Source: a virus
Lineage: Duplodnaviria > Caudoviricetes
Reading direction: 5' to 3' (one strand)
IMG/VR virus record: IMGVR_UViG_3300032231_000007
Location: 1 to 43,415 of that record
DNA: 43,415 nt
Shown: positions 1 through 7,691 of the stretch, one piece after another
How the letters are laid out: every line of letters begins with the position of its first letter
How positions within the stretch are numbered: the stretch's first letter is position 1
Made by a program: the position numbers and the translations under genes
The notes under the pieces: model-generated
Told to the model about the DNA's origin: nothing
The model's input: only the letters and a program-made list of their open reading frames with translations
Database searches by the model: none

Positions 1-74
1 CTTGCTGTTTCTAATTCACTTCTTACTATGGTTACTGTACCGTTTGGTCGTTCTATTACTATTTGCTTTGCCAT
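1..74 (-). CDS. 5' part of second copy of Zn-finger cassette gene (MAKQIVIERP...), cut by window edge
   Basis: Identical to 27039-27112. Confidence 0.85.
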   Translation of the reverse strand, partial: MAKQIVIERPNGTVTIVRSELETA

Positions 75-127
75 CGTTTCTACGTATTTAATCGGTTAAA
101 AATCAGTGTTTATTATTTCCGTTAGGC
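1..127. repeat. Exact copy of 27039-27165 (right part of duplicated cassette unit)
   Basis: Base-by-base identity ending at GTTAGGC (121-127 / 27159-27165). Confidence 0.97.
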
Positions 128-137
128 ACAATAAAAA

Positions 138-308
138 TTATTCATGCTTACCATTATCTTCTACGTCTTTAATAAAGTCCGTTATGGCTTGTTCAAGCCT
201 ATCGTATTGTTCTTTCTCTCCTACATGGGTTTGTAGCATACTTTTAAGTTCACCTTTAGCTCGTTCCCAAGCCATTAATCTAATAATCTGTCTATCTTGT
301 GAGTTCAT
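138..308 (-). CDS. Cassette hypothetical protein (start likely MNSQDR)
   Basis: ORF between GTTAGGCAC (121-129) and its inverse GTGCCTAAC (319-327). Confidence 0.7.
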   Translation of the reverse strand: MNSQDRQIIRLMAWERAKGELKSMLQTHVGEKEQYDRLEQAITDFIKDVEDNGKHE

Positions 309-320
309 AATTTTAAAAGT

Positions 321-442
321 GCCTAACAATATGTATAAGCAATAGCCGTCAGGCGTTTTAACTATTGCAGTTGTTTAATATTTAATTTTGTTTCATTTAC
401 TTGGTTCGTGTAGGCTACTGCTCATACACTAGTCCGTTAGCA
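321..442 (+). repeat. attC-like hairpin site
   Basis: GCCTAAC; arms 332-347 / 413-428 pair 14/16 (both mismatches A.C); GTTAGCA at 436. Confidence 0.85.
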
Positions 443-448
443 ACAAAT

Positions 449-667
449 TCACTTACTGTAAGTGTTCACCCAATGATTAGGGTTACTTGTTTGCGCCCTG
501 CCCTTTGTTTCAATCCAAAGATTTAATTCATTGTAAAGAACAATGTCGTTTGTCATATCTTTTAAGCATCTAACAAAAACCTTCGCTAAAAACAGTTTAA
601 ACCACATTGGCAGTATATATGCATTGTTCATTAACTTCCAAAACTTAATTTTAATTCTCTGTATCAT
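449..667 (-). CDS. Cassette hypothetical protein
   Basis: ORF between GTTAGCAAC (436-444) and GTTGCTAAC (701-709). Confidence 0.65.
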   Translation of the reverse strand: MIQRIKIKFWKLMNNAYILPMWFKLFLAKVFVRCLKDMTNDIVLYNELNLWIETKGRAQTSNPNHWVNTYSK

Positions 668-702
668 AATTTCAATTCTTTGTATTTGATTCGTTCATCA
701 GT

Positions 703-755
703 TGCTAACACAACCTAAAGCACATTAAAACGATGCTTTAGCCAAACCGTTAGAG
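703..755 (+). repeat. attC-like hairpin site (short)
   Basis: TGCTAAC; CTAAAGCA 715-722 / TGCTTTAG 734-741; GTTAGAG at 749. Confidence 0.8.
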
Positions 756-1073
756 GTCATTCAGAGCCTCTAAAAGTTGTGTTTCATATTGATGGAAGTT
801 TGTTCTTCTTCCTAAGCCAATGACAAGATATCCCATATCGTCTGTGCCTACATCAAACCAAGGCACACCTAATTCATCAAGTTTAGATTGTAGCAATGTC
901 ATTTCTGATTCTGTAATCATTCCCTCTTTCACTTTAGGTATAGATACCGAATGTGTCAGGTATTCAAAATCCGAGGTTTGAAACGAACCTCTAACAAAAG
1001 ATAAAGAGAATTGAGCTTCGTAATCTGAAACTATCTTTTTTGCCTTTTGATACTGTTGTTTTGTAATCTTCAT
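750..1073 (-). CDS. Cassette hypothetical protein, N-terminus encoded in site loop
   Basis: Stop overlaps GTT box at 749; reads through ACCTCTAAC (987-995) as ...SFVRGS... Confidence 0.75.
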   Translation of the reverse strand: MKITKQQYQKAKKIVSDYEAQFSLSFVRGSFQTSDFEYLTHSVSIPKVKEGMITESEMTLLQSKLDELGVPWFDVGTDDMGYLVIGLGRRTNFHQYETQLLEALNDL

Positions 1074-1116
1074 GGTGTTTTTTGTTGCTCAACTCTCCTT
1101 ATCAAAACCGTTACCC
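989..1116 (+). repeat. attC-like hairpin site containing a gene start
   Basis: CTCTAAC; arms 1000-1016 / 1087-1103 pair 15/17 (A.C mismatches); GTT at 1110. Confidence 0.85.
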
Positions 1117-1130
1117 ACAATAAAAAATGG

Positions 1131-1433
1131 CTACTGTTCCATTTCTAATAAGGTTAGTTTTTTACCAGCATTCCCATCTTTACAGTCGCCCAAGCAGTCT
1201 GCTATTCCGTCATTAAGCCAGTAGTGTATTTCAGTCATTTCTTTACCATTGTGGTAGCCAGTTCTTATGCTTGGTCTTAGAGTTGGTTTCTCTAAATCAC
1301 CGTTCCAAGTCCAAGCATTTGTTCCTTGCCTTGTACCTTTTGTAATTACAGGTAGTTGCATCAATCCAATGTCTTCTGTTACTTTAAAAGTCAAGCAATC
1401 AACTCCGTTTATGTTATCTAATTTTGCTTTCAT
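1131..1433 (-). CDS. Cassette protein, DUF6527-like
   Basis: WTWNGDLEKPTLRPSI...HYWLNDG...DC pattern. Confidence 0.6.
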   Translation of the reverse strand: MKAKLDNINGVDCLTFKVTEDIGLMQLPVITKGTRQGTNAWTWNGDLEKPTLRPSIRTGYHNGKEMTEIHYWLNDGIADCLGDCKDGNAGKKLTLLEMEQ

Positions 1434-1452
1434 CGTATTGATTTTAAAAAGT

Positions 1453-1527
1453 TTCTAACAAACAGCATAGAGCATTTACCCTACGCTCGATTTCCTACGC
1501 TAACGCTCCATGCTTGGTACGTTAGAG
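1453..1527 (+). repeat. attC-like hairpin site
   Basis: TTCTAAC; arms 1464-1473 / 1505-1514 pair 9/10; GTTAGAG at 1521. Confidence 0.8.
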
Positions 1528-1536
1528 TGCATTGTG

Positions 1537-1791
1537 CTATATCGGGTTACAATTATTACAATTCCTACCCATTGAAGGTGCTTCTATAATGTCATCGCTT
1601 CCGCATACATCGCACAACGTTCCCTTTGGCACAATAACACTAGCTAAAGAAGAATTTTTAACTAGTCCTGCTTCTTCTATATAAACTGTGATCAGATTTT
1701 TAAGATACCAATAGCCGTCATCTGAGGTATCTATTTTCTCGTTAGGGTTAACCCTGAAACGATGTGTTAAAAACATTTCTAGCTCTGTCAT
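1537..1791 (-). CDS. Cassette protein with C-terminal Zn ribbon, N-terminus in site loop
   Basis: CDVC...CNNC; reads through AAC box at 1636-1638 as ...LASVIVP... Confidence 0.7.
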   Translation of the reverse strand: MTELEMFLTHRFRVNPNEKIDTSDDGYWYLKNLITVYIEEAGLVKNSSLASVIVPKGTLCDVCGSDDIIEAPSMGRNCNNCNPI

Positions 1792-1841
1792 ATTTTCTCT
1801 ATTAAATCGTTAAAAACTCTTTTTAGCTCTGTAAGTTATGG
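1632..1841 (+). repeat. attC-like hairpin site containing a gene start
   Basis: CAATAAC; arms 1642-1662 / 1809-1828 (one bulge, one A.C); GTTATGG at 1835. Confidence 0.8.
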
Positions 1842-2069
1842 TGCATTAGGTCTAAGGTAGTGCTTATCTAGCGCACAAAGTTCTGAAACAAAAGAACTTA
1901 TTTTAGTTAAGTCCATTTTACTAACCCCTACAATAGCATCGTATTTTTCTTCATAAGTACCACGACATTCTTTAAGTTTAGTTCTTGTTTCATTGTCTAT
2001 TTGGCTTTCGGGAGCTTTAACAACTTCTGTAAGAATCATATCAATAAGTTCTTCGGTACATTCTTTCAT
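1836..2069 (-). CDS. Hypothetical protein at array end
   Basis: ORF whose stop overlaps the GTT box (...NAP*). Confidence 0.65.
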   Translation of the reverse strand: MKECTEELIDMILTEVVKAPESQIDNETRTKLKECRGTYEEKYDAIVGVSKMDLTKISSFVSELCALDKHYLRPNAP

Positions 2070-2102
2070 AATTTTCTTTTAATTTCTCTAGCCCTTCATT
2101 CT

Positions 2103-2918
2103 TTATACGTCTATCTCTGCTTGTTCTTTTACTTTTTTTCTGATTGTTGAGGCTGACGGGTTTACATCTTCGCCTTGGCTATCTTTAAGATTAACTATCA
2201 TTACGTCAAGTTCTGACATGTTTGAATTGTTAATTTTAATACTCAACGCCTCCTTTGTATCATCATCGTACGTGGATGTTCTTAATAATTCACCGGCATA
2301 ACTAATTTTATCCCAATCTTTATCTACATGATCGCTAGGCGAAGCAATATTATCCCTCACATCCCAGTCGGTATCTATTTGAACGCCCGATAATCCAAAG
2401 GCTTTTTTAAGCGCATGGCTTTCAGCAACCTTTTTAATCATGGCTGCGGGGTCACTCTTCCACGTTGCATAGCCTGTATTGTACGCCTCAAAGTCTACCC
2501 ATTCAATTAACGGCTCCCCATTTTTTCGGAATACAAAACAGTAAGCTCCTATAATAGTCCCTCTATCTTTCCCGGGTGTAAATACATGGTCTATCTTTCC
2601 GTTAGGGATATCAATTTCTATTTTGTCGCTTGCCCTTACTTCGCTCGATCTTAATCCATTAAACAATGGGTTTTTCTGAGCCTTGGACAATAGCCCGTCA
2701 CGCCCTGCAAATATTATTAAATTTCCTTTATGGTCTTTGTACGCCCAAATTTCCTTTTTAAAAGGAGACAATCCCATGTCCTTGCAGACGTTTAAAAAAT
2801 AAGCGAGTTCAAAAGCATTCGCCCCTTTAGCTATCTGGTTGGCCACTACGGCCACTTGATTAGCTTCATAGCCTGTTATTTCGGCCACTTTTTTATATTG
2901 CTCTAAGTTTGTTTCCAT
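2103..2918 (-). CDS. bet: Bet/RecT-family single-strand annealing recombinase
   Basis: LSPFKKEIW, AGRDG, W..DPAAMIKKVAESHALKKAFG motifs. Confidence 0.85.
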   Translation of the reverse strand: METNLEQYKKVAEITGYEANQVAVVANQIAKGANAFELAYFLNVCKDMGLSPFKKEIWAYKDHKGNLIIFAGRDGLLSKAQKNPLFNGLRSSEVRASDKIEIDIPNGKIDHVFTPGKDRGTIIGAYCFVFRKNGEPLIEWVDFEAYNTGYATWKSDPAAMIKKVAESHALKKAFGLSGVQIDTDWDVRDNIASPSDHVDKDWDKISYAGELLRTSTYDDDTKEALSIKINNSNMSELDVMIVNLKDSQGEDVNPSASTIRKKVKEQAEIDV

Positions 2919-2919
2919 T

Positions 2920-3234
2920 TTAGTTTAAAATTTTGTTAAATTCTTTGTCATGTATTGAGTCAAATCCTAGCAAAAAATTAGCGTCAATTCCAAAAGTTTC
3001 GCACAGCATTTGTATAAATTCTAACCTTATAGAAGTAGCTTTGCCCGTTATCATTAGGTGCATTGAAACAGCCACAGATTTATATTTTGCCGCACTGCTA
3101 TCTCCGCCATATAACATAATGCCCACTTTCTGGATGTTGAGCTTTTTGTAATTAGGCGGCTTGCCTATTTTGGCATTCTTTATTTTTCTCCTGTGATTGT
3201 AAAGGGCTATACCCTCTTTAACTCGTACTTTCAT
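2920..3234 (-). CDS. Putative XRE-type HTH regulator
   Basis: C-terminal IRLEFIQMLCETFGIDANFLLG resembles XRE/Cro helices. Confidence 0.5.
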   Translation of the reverse strand: MKVRVKEGIALYNHRRKIKNAKIGKPPNYKKLNIQKVGIMLYGGDSSAAKYKSVAVSMHLMITGKATSIRLEFIQMLCETFGIDANFLLGFDSIHDKEFNKILN

Positions 3235-3258
3235 TTTAGTCTCTCCTTATTATTAATG

Positions 3259-3289
3259 TAAAGTTATAATTATTTTTTTATAAAACAAG
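3259..3289 (-). promoter_or_regulatory. Bacteroidota sigma-type promoter
   Basis: Minus strand CTTG-N19-TAACTTTA; overlaps TTATAA-N8-TTATAA (3264-3283). Confidence 0.6.
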
Positions 3290-3308
3290 CGTTTATAGAC
3301 AAAAAAAT

Positions 3309-3337
3309 AGGCCATTAGCCCCTCGTTAGGGTGCATT
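3309..3337 (+). repeat. Isolated half-site (TAGCCCCTC-GTTAGGGTGCATT)
   Basis: Same TTAGCCCCTYGTTA motif as at 37298, 41216 and 43314. Confidence 0.6.
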
Positions 3338-3539
3338 AGACATGCTTAGCCCATTCCAAACTTGCAAACTCATTTTCGTACCATTGACTCATTTTTACAA
3401 CTACGCTATCTTCTTTTACCTCTACCCTATACCAGCCGTAGGTTTCTTTTAAGTAGTCTTCTAAATCTTTGTGATTATCTGCTATAAGCACTATATCACT
3501 TCCAAAATCATTTTTTAATGTAAATATTAATTTGTTCAT
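3336..3539 (-). CDS. Hypothetical protein
   Basis: ORF in tightly packed minus-strand run. Confidence 0.6.
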   Translation of the reverse strand: MNKLIFTLKNDFGSDIVLIADNHKDLEDYLKETYGWYRVEVKEDSVVVKMSQWYENEFASLEWAKHV

Positions 3540-3543
3540 AATA

Positions 3544-3771
3544 TTAAAGTTTTAAGTTCTCGATATCTTTTATTTCTGCAAGAATATCTTCTATCTCTTT
3601 TTTCTTGTCTTTTATCACCCCCTTTTTATAGGTGATATATGATGAAATAACTAGGGCTTTGGCTTTGGCCATATCCTCTGAAATGTTGGAGTTCCACTTT
3701 TCCTTAGTTTTGTCGTTTGTTATTTCTCCCCTCCATCCGTGGGGTACTTTTATGGAAGCTATTTTTATCAT
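3544..3771 (-). CDS. Hypothetical protein
   Basis: ORF, ATGA-coupled to upstream gene. Confidence 0.6.
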   Translation of the reverse strand: MIKIASIKVPHGWRGEITNDKTKEKWNSNISEDMAKAKALVISSYITYKKGVIKDKKKEIEDILAEIKDIENLKL

Positions 3772-4058
3772 ATTACTTTGGCCATATGTTCAACTAAATG
3801 AGTGCGCAAGTCTGTCCCTGACACCTCGATAAAGTCTAAATTTTCTAAAAATAATTGCTCTAAAGAAGCACCTGAATATTTGGGGTCATGGTCTAATAAT
3901 TCGCATGGAGGAAACTTTATATCCGCTGGGTTAAACCCCTCAGGAAACCAAAGCCCTGTTACCTGGATGTCCTCGGTTTCGGTTCCGGTTCCCGGCCTGT
4001 AAATTCCCGAAAACTCAATTATCATTCCTCCTATGTCGATAGTGTACGTCTTCTCCAT
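3768..4058 (-). CDS. Hypothetical protein
   Basis: Packed ORF. Confidence 0.6.
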   Translation of the reverse strand: MEKTYTIDIGGMIIEFSGIYRPGTGTETEDIQVTGLWFPEGFNPADIKFPPCELLDHDPKYSGASLEQLFLENLDFIEVSGTDLRTHLVEHMAKVI

Positions 4059-4060
4059 TT

Positions 4061-4297
4061 CTATAATCTTATCGTTGAAAGGTCTTTGGTCATAAGATGT
4101 TGCAAATTAATCTCATGCTCAGTATCTTTTTCCGTGCCGTATAAGCTAACAATCCTATGGGTGTTAAAAGACGGGTCGGTGTTTCTTATTATTTTACCTC
4201 TCTGGACTGCTACGAGGTCGCCCTGCGCTATTCTTTTGCGTGGGCCGTTGTCTAGCCTTAACCAGATGGCTTCGAGCTTGTATAGGTGATTTTTCAT
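4061..4297 (-). CDS. Hypothetical protein
   Basis: Packed ORF, ATGA overlap. Confidence 0.6.
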   Translation of the reverse strand: MKNHLYKLEAIWLRLDNGPRKRIAQGDLVAVQRGKIIRNTDPSFNTHRIVSLYGTEKDTEHEINLQHLMTKDLSTIRL

Positions 4298-4611
4298 GAT
4301 TTCATTTGTTCGTCTAACCAGTTATTTCTTGCTTCTCGATTCTCTACTTTCCAAACTCGATTCTCTACTTTCCAAAAAAATTGATCATCACTTAAGGTTT
4401 CCCCTCCATCATAAGTGTAAAATATTGTTTGCGACTTCCTTTGTTTTTCAAGAGCATCATTTACTATTAACAATTCTTCTTCAGTTAATGATTTTGCGAT
4501 TGTTAAGTAATCGCACACACCGCATATTCCGTGATGTCTACTGTGACAAACAGTTCTACCTTCGTTATACTCTTTTTTAACAATCTCAAATATCTCTTTG
4601 CGGGTTCTCAT
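4294..4611 (-). CDS. Hypothetical protein with in-frame 21 bp tandem duplication
   Basis: WKVENRVWKVENRE; repeat 4335-4376. Confidence 0.6.
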   Translation of the reverse strand: MRTRKEIFEIVKKEYNEGRTVCHSRHHGICGVCDYLTIAKSLTEEELLIVNDALEKQRKSQTIFYTYDGGETLSDDQFFWKVENRVWKVENREARNNWLDEQMKS

Positions 4612-4931
4612 AATATTGATTTTTTGATCTTCTCCCTGGCTTCCCTCACAGCCCCATTGAGACTTGCTAATGACCCTTTTGGATCATACTGAGCATCAAC
4701 GATGTTTTCTAGTAATTCCAGCAATTCAGCTTTTTGATTTGCCAGTTGTCTAGGCGTGTAGCCTGTTTCATTGGCTACGTTGAAAGCCTCGGCTATTAGA
4801 TTAGCGTTGGCCTTATCCTCTGACCATTTTGTAACATGACAAATAGAGCCGCCATCTTCGGCTATAACTGCAAAGCTAAAATCATCGCTACCCGAGAAGG
4901 ATACAGCGCATTTTCCTGTAGTGTGTTTCAT
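4608..4931 (-). CDS. Hypothetical phage early protein
   Basis: MKHT.G ... ANANLIAEA ... ELLELLE pattern common in small phage proteins. Confidence 0.65.
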   Translation of the reverse strand: MKHTTGKCAVSFSGSDDFSFAVIAEDGGSICHVTKWSEDKANANLIAEAFNVANETGYTPRQLANQKAELLELLENIVDAQYDPKGSLASLNGAVREAREKIKKSIL

Positions 4932-4956
4932 TATCGTTTCGTTTATTAATCTACTG

Positions 4957-5013
4957 TAAAAGTAAAATAGAACAATAAGAATAACAAGCTTTTTATAAAA
5001 TATATTTTTATAA
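4957..5013 (-). promoter_or_regulatory. Promoter plus putative operator
   Basis: CTTG-N20-TACTTTTA; 21 bp TTATAAAATATATTTTTATAA at 4993-5013, identical to 29013-29033. Confidence 0.65.
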
Positions 5014-5024
5014 ATGCCTTGGGG

Positions 5025-5453
5025 TTAAGATGGGTGTTTAAGCTTGCGCAGCAGAATCCACGCAATAAGGGTAATCATAAAAAGGGCTATGAACGTTAAA
5101 AATCCATAAAAAATTTTCTGCCTGAATGTTGGGTATTGTTTAATGATTTTCGTTTTTGTTGTTGTCTCGGTTATGACCGCATTATCCGGGCAATCGACTT
5201 CTAGGTAAACGGTACTATCTTTGGTTTCATAGAAGTATTTAACATATACGCTATCTTTCCAGAACTCAACCGTATCGAATTTATACCTAAAAAGCGTATC
5301 AATCTTTTCAATTTCAACAAATACCGTGTCTATAACCTTAACTGTTTCGACCTTGATAATTTCCGGGTCTTTAAATACCGCCTTTCTTAAATACCAATTA
5401 GCTGAGCAGCTACTAAACAAAATGATTAAAATAAGGTACTTTATATATTGCAT
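5025..5453 (-). CDS. Putative unimolecular spanin (lipoprotein; start likely MQYIKY)
   Basis: Lipobox LFSS-C after hydrophobic stretch, beta-rich middle, C-terminal TM; directly after endolysin. Confidence 0.6.
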   Translation of the reverse strand: MQYIKYLILIILFSSCSANWYLRKAVFKDPEIIKVETVKVIDTVFVEIEKIDTLFRYKFDTVEFWKDSVYVKYFYETKDSTVYLEVDCPDNAVITETTTKTKIIKQYPTFRQKIFYGFLTFIALFMITLIAWILLRKLKHPS

Positions 5454-5992
5454 CTGATAAATCCTTTTAGTGCTAGGCCGTCTTTTTCCTTCCATGAGTA
5501 CGATCGTATTTTGCGTGAAACTTCTATGCCTTCACGCCCACCCTTATTATTAGAATTTCCTTCAATAGAAACAAAGCTTAAAGTAGAGGCTGTCTCAATT
5601 ATGCCAGCATGGCCGATTGTCCAAATATCTTTCTTAACAGGAACCCCACCCCTTCGCTTTTCCCATATCACTATATCTCCAGGCTCTGGGATTGCATCTA
5701 CGAATACCTCAAACAACCCTGTACCGTCTTTCTCAAAGTTCTCGCATGTTTTCACAGCATTGGCGCTAAAGTTGTCTGAGAGGCTTACAAATACCTCATA
5801 TTTATTGTCATAAACAGGATAAGACCAACATAATTCTGCAAATAGTGAGCACCACGCCCATGTGTTTTCAAAGCCTACTTGCCGCATTAGAGTATCAAAT
5901 ACTTTATCCTTAAATCCCATGTTTCCCGGATTCTCTTTATACCCAACATGGGCACGGGCAAAAACTACTACCGCTTCTCGCATTTTAAACAT
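5441..5992 (-). CDS. CHAP-domain endolysin
   Basis: AWCSLF, PGDIVIW, GHAGII, SIEGNS motifs. Confidence 0.85.
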   Translation of the reverse strand: MFKMREAVVVFARAHVGYKENPGNMGFKDKVFDTLMRQVGFENTWAWCSLFAELCWSYPVYDNKYEVFVSLSDNFSANAVKTCENFEKDGTGLFEVFVDAIPEPGDIVIWEKRRGGVPVKKDIWTIGHAGIIETASTLSFVSIEGNSNNKGGREGIEVSRKIRSYSWKEKDGLALKGFIRCNI

Positions 5993-6312
5993 TATTCCCC
6001 TTTTTTGAGGTTGGCCACTTCCGTTTTTAATAACACAGTCTCTTTTATCAAATCAAGAAGCTCTTGTTTTATTTCTCTAAGGATAACCATAAACTCAGCA
6101 TTCTTTTCGGCCATTGTTTCCTTGTAAGTATCAAAAGCTTTTTGATCGGCTTCATCTTGGAGTTTGTTTTGCAAGAACTTTTCACGGTTTTGTTGTGCCA
6201 TTTCTTCAACCTTCTTAAACTCCTTGTAGCGCCTTTCTGCTTGTACCCTAAATAACGCTATAACAACGAGTACAATCGTAGTAACTATAAAAAAGATATA
6301 TTGGTCACTCAT
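5992..6312 (-). CDS. Holin-like single-TM coiled-coil protein
   Basis: N-terminal TM plus coiled coil, upstream of endolysin. Confidence 0.5.
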   Translation of the reverse strand: MSDQYIFFIVTTIVLVVIALFRVQAERRYKEFKKVEEMAQQNREKFLQNKLQDEADQKAFDTYKETMAEKNAEFMVILREIKQELLDLIKETVLLKTEVANLKKGE

Positions 6313-6529
6313 TTTTTAAGGCGTTATATATGAACTCGGCTAATTTATTTCTCTGCTCTACGGCATTTATAGCGTCCTCGGCCATTAATGAATCAAAACC
6401 ATTTTCTTCTTTTGGCTCAATTTTAATATGTAGCTTCATTTCTATTCTGCGCAGTAAAATTACCACAGCGAATAACATAACGATTTCAAACAGCAAGAGT
6501 ACTATTATTGCTACGCTTTCCATAATCAA
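6305..6529 (-). CDS. Single-TM membrane protein
   Basis: Hydrophobic N-terminus. Confidence 0.55.
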   Translation of the reverse strand: MIMESVAIIVLLLFEIVMLFAVVILLRRIEMKLHIKIEPKEENGFDSLMAEDAINAVEQRNKLAEFIYNALKNE

Positions 6530-6851
6530 ATAATATTATCAATAATAAAGACACGACCACTTTGATCGCAAAAGAGATCCCTGAATTAAGGCTATTGTAC
6601 ATAATAAGGTACTCGACTAAATTCAGCCCATAAAAGCAAAGGAATATATTTGCTGCCATTCTTTTAATTCCTTTTAGATTAATTGATAGTGCTAAGGTTA
6701 GCAATACAAATCGAAGCTTGTAGCATAGCAAAACGATATACCACTGTTGATTGATTACAGCCGATGTAACAAAAGGGGCTACATCTTTATCGTCCGCTAA
6801 CTCAAAAGCAAAGCCCAATAATAACGATATTATTAAAAGGGCTAATGTCAT
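6486..6851 (-). CDS. Multi-pass membrane protein
   Basis: About four hydrophobic segments. Confidence 0.6.
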   Translation of the reverse strand: MTLALLIISLLLGFAFELADDKDVAPFVTSAVINQQWYIVLLCYKLRFVLLTLALSINLKGIKRMAANIFLCFYGLNLVEYLIMYNSLNSGISFAIKVVVSLLLIILFDYGKRSNNSTLAV

Positions 6852-6922
6852 TCTGTTGGTGGCTTGCTTGGTGGTTTTGGTTTTGGGTCTGGTACTGCCA
6901 TTCTGTGTGCTAGATAAATCAT
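6848..6922 (-). CDS. 24 aa proline-rich peptide MIYLAHRMAVPDPKPKPPSKPPTE (not in ORF track)
   Basis: Fills intergenic gap; ATGA overlap with next gene. Confidence 0.5.
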   Translation of the reverse strand: MIYLAHRMAVPDPKPKPPSKPPTE

Positions 6923-6933
6923 AGTTATTTTGT

Positions 6934-7149
6934 TTATTGTTTCTTTTTAAGCCATCCGAATATAAAGTTAATCAATCTATCCGGTGCAAGCAATAGGCCA
7001 AGGCCAACGCCTAAACCTACAACAACATACATATTGTTGATCTCCCAAAGCTCCTTTTCAGAAAAATATGGCAAAGCAAAATATAACAAATCCAAGACTA
7101 TTAGTATAGACCCGGTTATGGTTGTTTTCAGTTCTTTTAGATTATTCAT
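6934..7149 (-). CDS. Holin-like two-TM protein
   Basis: 71 aa, two TMs, basic C-terminus. Confidence 0.55.
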   Translation of the reverse strand: MNNLKELKTTITGSILIVLDLLYFALPYFSEKELWEINNMYVVVGLGVGLGLLLAPDRLINFIFGWLKKKQ

Positions 7150-7691
7150 TATCGAAGGGTTATTTTGTTGATGTTTATTTCGTCTTCATCATTATCAAGA
7201 GGGCTGGACTGGAAGAACCAATATTCATAAGCCGTTCCCGCTGCCTCCCCGGCCATTCTGTCAAGATAGTCTTTAACCAGCCCCCACTTCGCAAAAGCGA
7301 CTTTTCTTATCGATGAGTATATTTCACGATTACGAGTATTTCCGGTGGGTTGTGAATCTTGCGATTGTTTAACAACGGTACTAAATGGTGTATCAATGTC
7401 TGATCCCATGAACCGATAGCGAGCAAAGGCAAGATCAACCAAAATATCTTTAATCCCAGGATGCGTATAAGTATAACTGGAATATGTATAAACAGAACCA
7501 TCTAGCAAATTAGGATAACTACCCCTTGCTATTTCTGTTGGGTTCGTTACAATATCTTGATATAATATTTCACCTAACAATGGCCTTAAATCAGTCATTT
7601 CGGCATCACGTATAAATTGATTTACTCTTGCTTCTTTTGCAGAAGTAGAGACATCACGTGTTTTCTTTATATCAGCCAATGTAATAATCAT
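7149..7691 (-). CDS. Putative head-tail adaptor
   Basis: FIRDAEMTDLRPLLGEILY pattern resembles Bacteroidota phage adaptors; position in structural module. Confidence 0.55.
   Translation of the reverse strand: MIITLADIKKTRDVSTSAKEARVNQFIRDAEMTDLRPLLGEILYQDIVTNPTEIARGSYPNLLDGSVYTYSSYTYTHPGIKDILVDLAFARYRFMGSDIDTPFSTVVKQSQDSQPTGNTRNREIYSSIRKVAFAKWGLVKDYLDRMAGEAAGTAYEYWFFQSSPLDNDEDEININKITLR

Noticed and set aside
1-127. Direct terminal repeat
   Set aside because: The two ends do not match each other; they match different parts of internal 26799-27165
321-442. Hairpin sites as ordinary rho-independent terminators
   Set aside because: No U-tract, loops up to about 580 nt, constant AAC/GTT boxes, and genes read through them
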